Program-made: the position numbers and the translations under genes
Notes under the pieces: generated by a model
The model's input: the letters and a program-made list of their open reading frames with translations, nothing else
What the model was told of the DNA's origin: nothing
The model's database searches: none
Source: Caecitellus pseudoparvulus
Lineage: Eukaryota > Protista > Bigyra: Bicosoecida
Direction of reading: 5' to 3'
Length of the DNA stretch: 64,000 nt
Assembly (NCBI GenBank): GCA_965644315.1
Contig: CBFFRQ010000029.1
Span: forward strand, 62,001-126,000
Shown: piece by piece, positions 22,301-33,389 of the stretch
Numbering within the stretch: the stretch's first letter is position 1
Layout: each line of letters starts with the position of its first letter

Positions 22301-25300
22301 GCGGGCAGATCTTCTTGAAAGATGTCAACTACGATGTCCCGAACCCCAACCAGATCGACCAGTTGTATCCCAACTGGGTGACCATGCAGGGCGCTTCCAG
22401 GGTCTTCCCTGTTCCTCGCGAGCGCTTCTTCTCCTGGAATGACACCTACATCAAGTTTTGGCTGTACTCAGCTGAGGGCAGCGCTGACATCCAGGTTGGT
22501 AACCAAGCATTCTCCATCGGTTTCAGTGACATCCAGATCGCAGCCCGCGACGGTGTCTGTGAAGCGACCACCCAGCGCTACCGTCTCCAGACTGCTGGCA
22601 CAGACATCCTGCGGTTCCCCGTGGACAACGTGTGCAACCGCAACGACGTGGAAGTGGAGTTCTCCCGGGTGGGTGGCTCAAGCACACAGCCTTGCGTGCT
22701 CGTGAGCAACGTGACTCAGTCAGTGGGGCAAGCCGATGGCGACGGTCCATTCGGCACCACCAGCTCCACTACGAACGGCCCTGATGCGTGCGTCGTAGAG
22801 TGCAGGGTGCCACCGGGAGACGGCAACGCTGACCGCAACGTTTTCATCGTGAAGACCTCTTCTGCAACGACTGACCCTTGCAAGATTGGGTACGCTGCTC
22901 CAAACGTCACCTCTGCCACGATGGCGCTGGACACCAACGGGCGCCCGGCCGCTTCTCGCGTCGTCTCTGCGCGCATGTCTGATGAGCCTGTGCCTGATGG
23001 GAACATCTTCCTGGACTACGGTGGTGGTGAGTCCGTCACCTTGCCGTCCTTCCGCACGATCCTCACTGTGCCCACCACGGGTGGCCCGCTCGTGCTGCAA
23101 GGGCACAACTTGGGCCTGCAAGGCCCAGCGGCAGACTCCTCCTGCCTGGACTCGTGGGTAGCACTGTGGAGGTACGGCGCTGTCCCCTCTGACGGCGCTG
23201 TCTGTGCAGGGACAGACAGTGTCGCTGAGCGCACGCCCCACTCCCACTTCGCTGCCACCATCCCCATGCCGCCCGGTGTCGGCCGCCGCCAGTACCTCGC
23301 CATTGGTGTCTCGGGACAGGCCATGCGCGATACCTTCGTCGCCGTTCAGTACGAGCGGCCGGTTGTGACTTCTGTCACGCCGTCTTCCGTGCCTTCCCAG
23401 GGAGGGTGGGTCACTGTGGACGGAGCAAACTTCGGCAACCGTGAGCAGGACATCACCGTTTGGGTGGGCGGCGTCGGCGAGCGCCAGTGCAGCAACGTCG
23501 TCTTTACGAGCCTGCACCACACGTTCATGTGTTTCGTGCCCGAGTTGCTGCCTGGCTTTGCCACTGCCTCAGGTGTGTCCCTCATCGTGGAGGTGGCAGA
23601 GCAGCTGAGCTGCCAGGCTGGTGACCCAGCTGCCCGCTGCGCGCCCTCTGTGCAGTACGACGCGCCCGTCATCACCTCGTTGTCAACATGGCAGGTCCCC
23701 ACCAATGGCGGCACTCGTATCGTGGTGGAAGGCTCCAACTTTGGCCGGAACACGTTCTTGCCCCCTTCGAACCCAGGCGCCGACCTGAACACGGCGGGCC
23801 TCACGGACGCGGAGGTGTTGGCTGTTCTCCGCCTGCGGCCTACCCGCCCCTCAGACCTTACGTACCTGGTCCCTGACCCATTCAGCAACTCCCAGCTGGC
23901 GGACAAGGGCGGTCGCATTGTATACCACAACCACACGCGCATCGAGTTCATCACTCCTACAGGCCAGGGTGGTCCTCGCGAGCTCACCATCTTCGTGGGG
24001 CAGAACAGCTACACCGTGCCAGTGGCCACCAATGCCTTGCGCTTTGACCCCCCCGCTTTTAACATCGCTAAGCCTCCCTCTGGCCCCACGAAGGGTTTCA
24101 TCGTGGCCCTGGAAGGCACTTCCCTTGGTTCCAGGGAGTACCGCTCCCCCAACTCCGCCTTGGTCCCCACGTACACCTTGGGGAGCATCGCAACAAGGGC
24201 TGACCTCTTGGACAAGCCAGCTGGGCAGAACGGCATCGAAGTCACTCTGAACATTGACGGCTATGCGGACCCCCAGCCCTGCTTGGACATGCAGCCGTAC
24301 TGGAACACTGATCGCGTGAACCTGCAGTGGGCACGGGCCTATCTGCACTATGAGTTCCTCTTTGACACCATGCCTACCCCGGCCAACCGGCCCCTGTCCC
24401 CCTACACCCACAACACGTACTACTGCTTCGTCCCCACCGGCCTTGGCAGCGATGTGGAGGTCGTCGCAAACGTGGACGGCATCGAGATGGTGCAGCCGTT
24501 CAGCCTGGACTACAACCCGCCGTACATTTCCACAACGCAGGCGAACCCCGCAGACGCCTTCGGGCAGGATGACTTCAAGATTAAGGGCTCTGACTTCGGA
24601 CCCCTGGACCCCGAGGTCAACCCCATTTCGGTTTACATCGGCGAGGACGAGTGCCTGGGAGCAAGCCAAATCCTGGACGGGACCATCCAGTGTGCCATGC
24701 AAGGAGGGACAGTTGGCCCCAAGGGCATCCTGCTCACGGCAGCTTCCTTCGTCAACATCTCCTACCCGGCTTTGGCTGCAGGCTCTCTTGGGAGCCGTGT
24801 CCTGACTGACGTGCTGGAGGGCCGGGTCGCCGCGGTGGGCTCCAGTGGCGATGCTCTGCATGTGCGTGACGTTGTGCGCCGCCTCAGCGACCTGCCAGAC
24901 CCACGTGCTCGCGTGCGCATCCTGCCTGCCGGGGAAGGACGTGTGTCCATTGACATGGTTGCGGTGGACAGAGCTTCGGGCCTGCCCGTCATGACGCCTC
25001 TGGATCAACTGCCAACGCTGCCGTTGAAGACGGCCGGTCGCGCACTGCAGTCCAATGCGAGCGACTCTGGTGACGCCCAGATCCCCCCCTCGTACACACT
25101 CAACGACTACCCTGTCAACCGCCTGGACGGTGTGTTCAAGATCCAGTTCCACTGTCAGATCGGCTCCTACGGGCAGGTCTCAGAGGAATGCTTCCCGTGC
25201 CCTGATGGTGGCGAGTGCCAGCCCATGTGCCTTGCCTCCACTGCGGCAGGCATTTGCGTGGATTTCCAGGAGCCATACTCCCAGCCTGGCTGGTACGGCA

Positions 25301-27768
25301 TGCCAGTTGCCGTGGGCGACCCCGAGTGCGACCGCCAGTCCCGCCCCGCCCCCTACAACGAGACTGTGTGCTTGAACTTCTTGCCTTGTGAGCCGGCCGA
25401 GGCTTGCATCGGCAACAACGAGTGCCGCCCTGAGTATGAAGGCCCGCGCTGTGGTCAGTGCTCGCAGGGGCACTACCGAGTGGCGGGGCTTTGCGTCAAG
25501 TGCCCAGACTTGGCTGGCTTGTTCATTGCGCTGTTTGTTATCATGATCATCTCCATGGCCCTCATCGGGTACATCCTGAACCGCAAGAAGATGCACCTGG
25601 CCTTCATCTCCATCGGTGTGGACTACTTCCAGGTGCTGGCCATGTTCGCAACCGCTCGCGTCGCTTGGCCCCAGTTCCTGCGGGACCTGTACCGCATTCT
25701 GTCCATCTTCCAGATCAACCTGGACATTACTGCGCCTGAGTGTGCCATCCCTGACGTCAAGTACAGCGGAAAGTGGTTCGTCATCGAGTCCTTGCCCCTG
25801 TTCCTGGGCCTGCTGCTCCTGCTCATCCACGGCGCCAAGACTCTGCTGAACATCATCCTGAAGGTGGACCGCAAGCACAGGAACAAGCACACACCGACTC
25901 TCGTGGCAATGGCCACCCTGCTCATGTACTACCTGTACCTGCTGCTCACCCGCACGACCTTTGACGCGTTCAACTGCCAGCCTACAGACCCCAGTGACGG
26001 CAAGTTGTACCTGGAGGTGGAGTTCATCGAGTGCTACCAGCCCACACACAACGAGATCTTCTACCCGGCTCTCTTCTTCACGCTGCCTGTCTACACCATC
26101 GCGTACCCCGTGTGGGTTTACTTCCACTTGAAGAAGAACAAGGACAAGGTCAAGACGGACCAGATCCTGCGCGCAATGGGCATCGGAGACTCTGAGCTGA
26201 CCAACCCCAACTACGCCTTCCGTCAAATGTTCCACAAGCTGTACTACCACTTCAAGCCTGGCAAGTGGTACTGGCTGCTGCTCATCCTGCTCCGCAAGTT
26301 CCTCATCGCCTTGACAGGCCTGATGTTCCGCCGCACGCCGTCGTTCCAGATGGCCCTGGCATTCCTCGTTCTCTTCTTCTCCTTCTCCCTGCAAGTGCGC
26401 CACAACCCGTACATGTCCATGGCCGAACGCCGTGGCATCATCCTGCACCACCAGTCCAAGGTGAAGGAGGGCAACAAGAAGCACCAGGCCATCAAGGCTG
26501 CCTACGAGACTGCGGTGCGGCATTCCAACGCCCGCCAGCGCCGCCGCCAGGTCAACATGGACGCCGTGTCCTCCTCCAAGGGCCCCTCCTCCCAAGATTA
26601 CCTATTCGACTACAACACCATGGAGGCGGTGCTGCTCTCTTGCGGCTGCTTTGTGTGCTTGTCCGGTATCATGTTCCAGACTGGCGACCCGAACTCTGAC
26701 ATCTACCTCGCCCAGCGTGACGCCCTGACCGTCCTCGTTGGGATCGTCATCTTTGTGTCCATGGTGTACTTCTTCACAGTCTTTGGCTTTGAAGTGTACA
26801 CAACGTGCGGAGGTGCCAACTGCTCCAACCTGTGGGCATCTGACGGAGAGGGTGGCCGTGGCCGCTCCGGCACCAAGTCTGGCAAGAAGCCAAAGCTCAA
26901 GAAGGGGGGCGCTGGCGCCAGCCGGCGTGACCTGGCCCTTGCTGCGGAGCTGGATGCTCAGATGGCTGAAGGCGGCGCCATGGAGGTGAACCCCCTGGCC
27001 ATGCGCCAGACCATGGAGGCTGACCTCGCTGCGCTGAACGACGTGCTGGGCTCAGAAGGCATGCCCACCCAGCAGCAGTGGAACATGGTGCGTGCCCATG
27101 CCAACACCCTGAACAAGGACGTCACGGACCTTCGTTGGGAGGTGTCCAAGCTGGAGGAGGAGCGTGACGCCGTTGCTGAGAAGCGCCGCGAGACAGTGGG
27201 GCGCAACGGCAAGCGCCGGTCCATCCTCGAGCGTGCCCTGGGCCTGAACAAGCAGAGCCCTGGAGCAACCCCTGATGTGGCGGCTGTTGTCGCAGCCCGC
27301 TCTGGGTCAGGCAGCCTGTCTGCGTCAGATGAGGCAGCGGGCGATGGCATCCAGATGGCACCCTTGTCAGCTGGTGGCGCTGCCGCTGCCAGTGTGGTTC
27401 CTGGCAAGCACAGCAAGCAAAAGCGCCCAAGCCTGGCCACCACAGTGCCCAGCGCCGTGCAAGCGACAGACGGCGACTGGACCCGCTGCCACAATGAGGA
27501 CGGGGAGGTGTGGTATGTGAACAACGAAACCGGCGAGAGCACGTACGACATGCCTCAAGGCTTCGCCGCTCCTGACAGTATGCTGTGGACCCCTGACATG
27601 GCAGCAGTCCAAGCTGCCACTCTAGACCACATCAAGGAAGAAGAAGGAGATGGGGAGGGGGACGACGACGACTCGGACGAGCCTGCCGCCTCCGAGGGCA
27701 AGTCAGCCGCAAACCCCATCCATGACCGAGCTTCTCGCATGCGACGCATGTCCATGTCCACGAAGTGA
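13371..27768 (+). CDS. Giant (~4,700 aa) cadherin-repeat, IPT/TIG, Cys-rich receptor with 9 TM helices and a C-terminal WW domain (nonagonal-cadherin-like)
   Basis: Signal peptide MKGVASFLFLVLCGALLGAEA-SHYR at 13371 and three short 5' introns, then one ~13.9-kb exon. Cys-rich CPxGxYC repeats ~15214-16095. About 10 cadherin repeats with DxNE/DPP, LDFE and DPD motifs ~16150-19655. IPT repeats (GGxxVxxxGxNFG) ~19660-24760. Nine hydrophobic segments ~25510-26790. WW domain 27472-27555. Confidence 0.93.
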
Positions 27769-28224
27769 GGCTCCCGTCTCACCACCTCGCTGACGCGTCA
27801 GCGAGCTCATGCCCGGCCAGGCGTTACTGGCCCGGGACCTATTTCTGTTCTTCTCAAGTGACGTGCGACTGTTGCAGTTGCGCCCCAAGGCTTGCTCCCG
27901 CGCGGAACAGCCCGGGGCCCTTCTCTGCATCGCTAGCAGAAATGCATCGCTTTCCTCTCGCCGCTGGCGGGGCTCACGCGCCTGTCGTCAGACATAAGCC
28001 TGCGCGCTGGGTAGCCTGTGCTCAAGTTCTGCGCAGCCACCCATGACAGCCAGAGCCTCTCCTTCTGGAGGGCAGCGTTGCGCAAAGTGCCGCTCTTTGC
28101 ACTTCCCCAAACATCCACAATTTGTCCCAAGTTGGCTGCCCTGTGCCAGTACACTTCCTCCCTGGCGTGCACAGCCAGCTGAGCCACTTGACAGAAGGAA
28201 TACGAAGCCAATTTCCGCTGCACC

Positions 28225-30048
28225 ATGGCCGCCGAATCTGCTGCCAAGCGCCGCCGCGTGCTGCCCATGGCTGAGCCCAGCGGAGCGCAAGTTGCGGGAG
28301 GGCTGATTCGCACGACGTCCCTCGGTGACCTGCAAGCCGAGGGTGGTGCCCTGACGCCGGCTGCACGAGGTTCCTTCCTTGAATCGTGGCACGCGGATGA
28401 AGCTGCGGTGGAGATGATCCTGCCGCTTGTTGGTACGTGGCGCCGAAGCTCGAGACCATAGCAGCGGAATGGCATCCACATCTTGCACAGCATCCTCCCC
28501 CTGCCCTTGGTCTCGCTGCAGGCGAACTGTACCGCCGGAACATCATCGTCTCTGTTGCTGGGCGGTCACTGGCCAATCAAACCGCGCCTGACGTGCTTCG
28601 ACTGCACCACTTTGCAGCCGGGCATGTTGACCCTTGCATCACCGTGCACACCACGGTGGCCCTGCTCAAGGCCCTCAAAATCGTTGTCAGCCAGCCATTC
28701 CGCGTCGACGTAGGGCTGCTCCTCGTGGAGCTGAAGGTGAGCTGGGCCACTCGTGGCGACTGGCTTCCGCGTCTTCACACGTGCCACTTATTCCTCTACA
28801 CAGGGCCTCTTTGATGCACACTCGGGGGAGGAACTGCAGCAAGCGCTCATTACTCGCCTTTCTGAGGACTTGGCGAAGGTGGAGGCGGTTATCCAGCGCC
28901 CCAACCCCATGGACGAAGCTCGCGATGTTGTGCTGTATGGCTTCGGGCGCATCGGGCGCCTGCTGGCCCGCATCCTCATCCAAAAGACCGGTGCTGGCGT
29001 GAAGATTCTGCTGCGAGCCATCGTGGTTCGGCCCAAGGGTGCCAAGGAGCTGCTGAAGCGCGCATACCTGCTGGCACAGGATTCGGTGCATGGTCGCTTC
29101 CCGGGCACCGTGAAGGTTGACGAGGCCAACCAGGCCATCATCGCGAACGGCAACGTCATTCACCTCATCCACGCCAAGGCGCCAGAGGATGTGGACTACA
29201 CGGCATATGGCATCAAGGACGCCATTATCGTCGACAACACCGGCGTGTGGCGGGACGCTGCGGGCCTCAGCAAGCACCTGAAGGGGAAGGGGGTGTCCAA
29301 GGTCGTCCTCACTGCACCTTGCAAGGGGGAGGGCGTGAGCACTGTCGTGGTGGGTGTCAACAATGACAGGGTTCAGCCTGAGCAGAGCCTGTACTCCGCC
29401 GCCTCTTGCACAACCAACGCCATCGTGCCGACGCTGAAGGTGATGCAGGAGGCGTTTGGCATCGAGTCAGGGCACCTCGAGACGGTGCACTCTTTCACCA
29501 ATGACCAGAACCTCATCGACAACTACCACCCGAAGGCTCGGCGGGGGCGCGCTGCCACCCTCAACATGGTGCTCACCGAGACAGGCGCCGCGAAGGCTGT
29601 CTCCAAGGCGCTGCCTACGCTGGAAGGGAAGCTGACCGGCAATGCCATCCGCGTGCCGACGCCTGATGTGTCCATGGCCATCCTCGTGCTGAACTTGAGC
29701 AGGGAAGTGACAGTTCAGGAAGTCAACCAGGCTCTGTTCGAGGAAAGCACGTGGGGTGCCCTGCACCACCAGATCGGCTATTCCCACGACGCAGATGCCG
29801 TGTCTTCTGATTTCATCGGCGAGGGGCACACAGGTGTTGTTGACGGCCCTGCTACCATCGCCAAGGGCAAGCGGGTGAACCTGTACATCTGGTATGACAA
29901 TGAGTGGGGATACTCCGCTCAGGTTGTGCGGCTGGTGCAGAAGATTGCAGGCATCGAGTTCCCCAACTTCCCGCTCACCCTGGGCACACGCGGTGTCGGT
30001 GCTGCGGCCACAGGTGTCGCCGCCGTCGCCGCTGCTGCCTCTGACTGA
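28225..30048 (+). CDS. gap: Glyceraldehyde-3-phosphate dehydrogenase, bacterial long N-terminally extended type
   Basis: Motifs DVVLYGFGRIGRLLARILI, DSVHGRF, AASCTTNAIVP, TVHSFTNDQNL, GNAIRVPTPDVS and WYDNEWGYS. Spliced N-extension WHADEAAVEMILPLVGELYRRNIIVSVAGRSL. GT-AG introns at 28433-28521 and 28737-28803. Confidence 0.95.
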
Positions 30049-30223
30049 GCCGCATCCCTCGGCAAGCTGCCTTGCCCTGGGTGGGGGAGGGCTCGTGCAG
30101 TGTGCACCACGCCCAAAATGAAAGTGCCGCTATCACTCACTGTAGTTGGTGTGGTCCATGCCTGCCTGCTTGCGTGCTTCGCTGCAGAGCTGCTGTACCT
30201 GCTCGCGCCCACTGTCCACCGCC

Positions 30224-31918
30224 ATGTCCACTGCGCAAGGGACTGGTGCCGATGTCCCCAGTGTTCCAGATGGAGTTGACACGGTCTTCTTTGCCCAGCT
30301 CAAGCTTAGACAGCGTAGATTCGACGAATGTGCTCATTTGTGCACAGAGGCGCTCGCAGCCAACCCCTACGACCAAGTGGGTGCCGGGCGTTACACGCGG
30401 CAGTGAAACGCCAAGTGGCGACTCCCTTCACGGCGTGCTCCTCTGCCCCAGGCTGCGTGGAGCCTCAAGGCGCAGTGCTTGACGGAGAAGATGTGGATAG
30501 ATGACACAGAAATGGAAGAGGAAGGCGTGGGTGACTTGCTTCTGGACGAGGACGTGGTGCAGGCCGCAAGGTGAGCTCAAGCAGCTGCCTGCCTCGGCAC
30601 CGGCTCGGACACACTGCGCTGCTTCCGACTCTGCAGACCAGGAACGTCCCTCCGCAGCGCGAGGGGATCTGCTCGTCGAACTGGCCCCAGCGCAGCTGTT
30701 CGCCCGATGTCCTCCACCGCCCGCCCTGCGTCGGGCTTCGCACGGCCTGGGTCGTCGGCAGGCACGGCCCGAGGCACGAGTGTGGACAAGCTCATGCGCA
30801 GTGGCCGAGCCGGCAGCTCCAGACCCATGACATCCCTTGGTCGTCACATTCGACTCGGCACAGCCTCCATGCTCTCATCTCCGGGGGGACCCTTCATTGA
30901 TGTGGATAAGCTGCCCCTGGGCAAGTATGCCAAGCGACCGAAGCTCGCCAAGACGCTGTGCGACTACATCCTCTACCATGACCACAACCCGCGAAAAGCG
31001 CTGGAGTTAGCTGCTGCAGCCACCCAAGCTGTCGGCTTTGCAGAGTGGTGGTGGAAGGCGCGCTTGGGCAAGTGCTACTACCAACTAGGCATGCTCCGGG
31101 ATGCAGAGAAGCAGTTCCTATCGGCACTGAGGATGCAAGACATGGTGGAGGTGTATTTGGAACTAGCTAACGTGTACCTGCGCCTCGACCAGCCCAATAC
31201 TGCACTGGACACGTACATGCGAGGCGCTGAGGCATTCACAGGAGACCCCAGCATGCTGGTTGGGATGGCCCGCGTGCAGGAGATGATGGGCGATGTGGAC
31301 AAGTCGTGTGCACTCTACAAGCGGGTACTAGCATACGATGGCTCTCATGTGGAGAGCATTGCCTGTGTCGCAGCCAACCACTTCTACTCCGACCAGCCGG
31401 AGGTTGCCCTCAAGCACTACCGGCGCCTGTTGCAGATGGGCGTGCAAAGCACAGAGCTGTGGACCAACCTCGGCCTCTGCTGTTTCCACGCAGGGCAGTA
31501 CGACATGATTCTCACCTGCTTCGAGCGAGCGCTGCACTTGGCCTCCGATGACTCGATGCCAGATGTGTGGTACAATCTGGGCCAAGTGGCCGTGGGCATC
31601 GGCGACCTGGCCATGGGCTACCAGTGCTTCAAAGTTGCAGTGAGCATTGATCCCGCCCACGTGGAGGCCCTCAACAACTTGGGTGTGCTTGAGGTGCGCA
31701 AGGGCAACGCCGAGGCCGGCCGCGCGGCGTTTGAAGCCGCCATGGAAGCTGATGAAGGCGCATACGAGCCTGCCTTCAACGCTGCCCTGGCGTCTTTCAA
31801 AGCTGGCAATTTTCAGCAAGCCTACAATCGTGTGCGGCAGTCATTGGAGGCTTTTGAAGACCACGCTGACTCCAAGGCCCTGCTGGCTGAGGTGAGGCAG
31901 CACTTCACGCTGCTCTGA
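30224..31918 (+). CDS. BBS8: BBSome TPR subunit BBS8/TTC8
   Basis: Motifs NPYDQAAWSLK, RPASGFARPG, RPMTSLGRHIRLGTASM, WWWKARLGKCYYQLG and a TPR array. Two 5' introns. Confidence 0.95.
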
Positions 31919-31945
31919 GCGACAGGTGTTGCATTGCTCCAAGAC

Positions 31946-33037
31946 TCAATCGTCCTTGTCGTGAATGTAGGCAGTGGGTCGGCGGGGGAAGGCAGGGCAG
32001 CAAGGGAACAGGACGGGGGTGCGCGTCGCGAACTCGCGCCAGGCCTGGCGGTGTCCCCACTTCGCTGCAGCGGCCTTGTCCAATAGAGGCACGCCAGACA
32101 GGAAGAGCAGCAAGCACGCTTCCAGGCACGGGCCGACCAGGCTCGCGTATGCCCACTTGCTGCCGTGGAGTGTGTGTAAGGGGTCTGTGTACGCGAGGTG
32201 TGCGGCTGCCCCGCCCAGCGCCAACCACAGCACCATCTCAGCAGCGTAGTTGGGGTGCTGGCTGTAGGCCCAGATGCCTGAGTCAATCCATCGTCCTTTG
32301 TTGTCCTCGTCTGCCTTGAATTGCCGCTTCTGCTCGTCAGCCAGCACTTGTGCCAGCCACGCCAAGCTCCACACTGCGAGCAGCACAAGCACTGGAGCAG
32401 GCAAGCTCTCAACATCAGCGGGGCGGAGGGCAGACACGCCATGAAAGAAGCGGGCCGCTCCAAGTTGTAGGTAGTGCAGGGGCTTTGTCACCCACTCCAT
32501 CGGCGAGCTGGGGAGTGCCTCCGTTGGCCCACGCCCTGCCAGCAGCACGATGATAGGCAGCATGGTGGCGACCACCCACAAGCCCTGCACAGTCCATGGA
32601 CCAAGAAGGAACCGCACAGGGCTCTTGGTGTACTTGCTTAGGCGGTGGTCGATGCCCCCGTCCTGAATGATGCGGCTGAAGAGGAAGGTGCCGAGGCGGG
32701 TTGCCCACAAAGCCACCGCAAGCGCCACCAGCAAGTGGGACGGAGGCGTATCGGCGCTGCCGAGGCCCAGGCTGACCAATGCCAGGGCGGTGAAGGTGGA
32801 AGAACCAGTCAAATCAAACCAGTACTGCAATCCCGTTGCAGCAGCTGGGATTCCTGCGGCACTGGGGACAGGCAAGCAGCGGAAACGGTCTGACGTTGTC
32901 GTGGTGGGCTGCAGGCGAGAGATGCAGGACAACACAGCTTCCGCGTGAGCCTCGGCTTCGCGCACGCACTATTGGATGAGGTATGATGCAGCTGTGGGGA
33001 CTGCAACAATGCAGCCGAGCGACTGCAGCGGCTCCAT
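31946..33037 (-). CDS. DUF1295 / steroid 5-alpha-reductase-like membrane protein
   Basis: Motifs FDLTGS, WATRLGTFLFSRI, ADEQKRQFK, GIWAYSQHPNYAAE and LLFLSGVPLL. First exon MEPLQSLGCIVAVPTAASYLIQ joins via a GT-AG intron to YAAGIP. Confidence 0.88.
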
Positions 33038-33389
33038 GCTGCAGCACAGTGAGGAAGTGCTGTCTGAGGTGTGCAGCGGCAATTGGTGCGGAATATGCCT
33101 TGCCCTTGTGCACGAGCCACGGCAACCAAGAAAAGATTCTGAGGGACCAAGTGAGTGGGCGAAAGTAAAGGCAAATGGATTGTTGCCTGTAGCGTGCGCG
33201 GGAAGTCGGGAGCACCCCCAACGCCCTCCGCTGCAAAAATGTTGCACTGCGCACACGGCGGCATGTCGCAAAACATTGGCGATTCCGAGCCTGAAACGAC
33301 TGTGAGTCTGGAGAAGTGCAACTTCCTTCCCGAACAATTCCTCCTGCCTCACGCCCTGGGCCCCTACAGGGGAGGCGCTGCGGAGCAAG

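Noticed and set aside
25510-26790. Calling the receptor a 7-TM adhesion GPCR (Flamingo/CELSR-like)
   Set aside because: I count nine hydrophobic segments and see no GAIN/GPS or LamG motifs.
13800-27600. Many 150-470 aa minus-strand ORFs inside the cadherin gene
   Set aside because: Expected antisense ORFs from high GC3 codon bias; no independent coding evidence.
28225-30048. Bacterial contamination or chimeric assembly at the GAPDH
   Set aside because: It has two canonical spliceosomal introns, and its composition matches the flanking eukaryotic genes.
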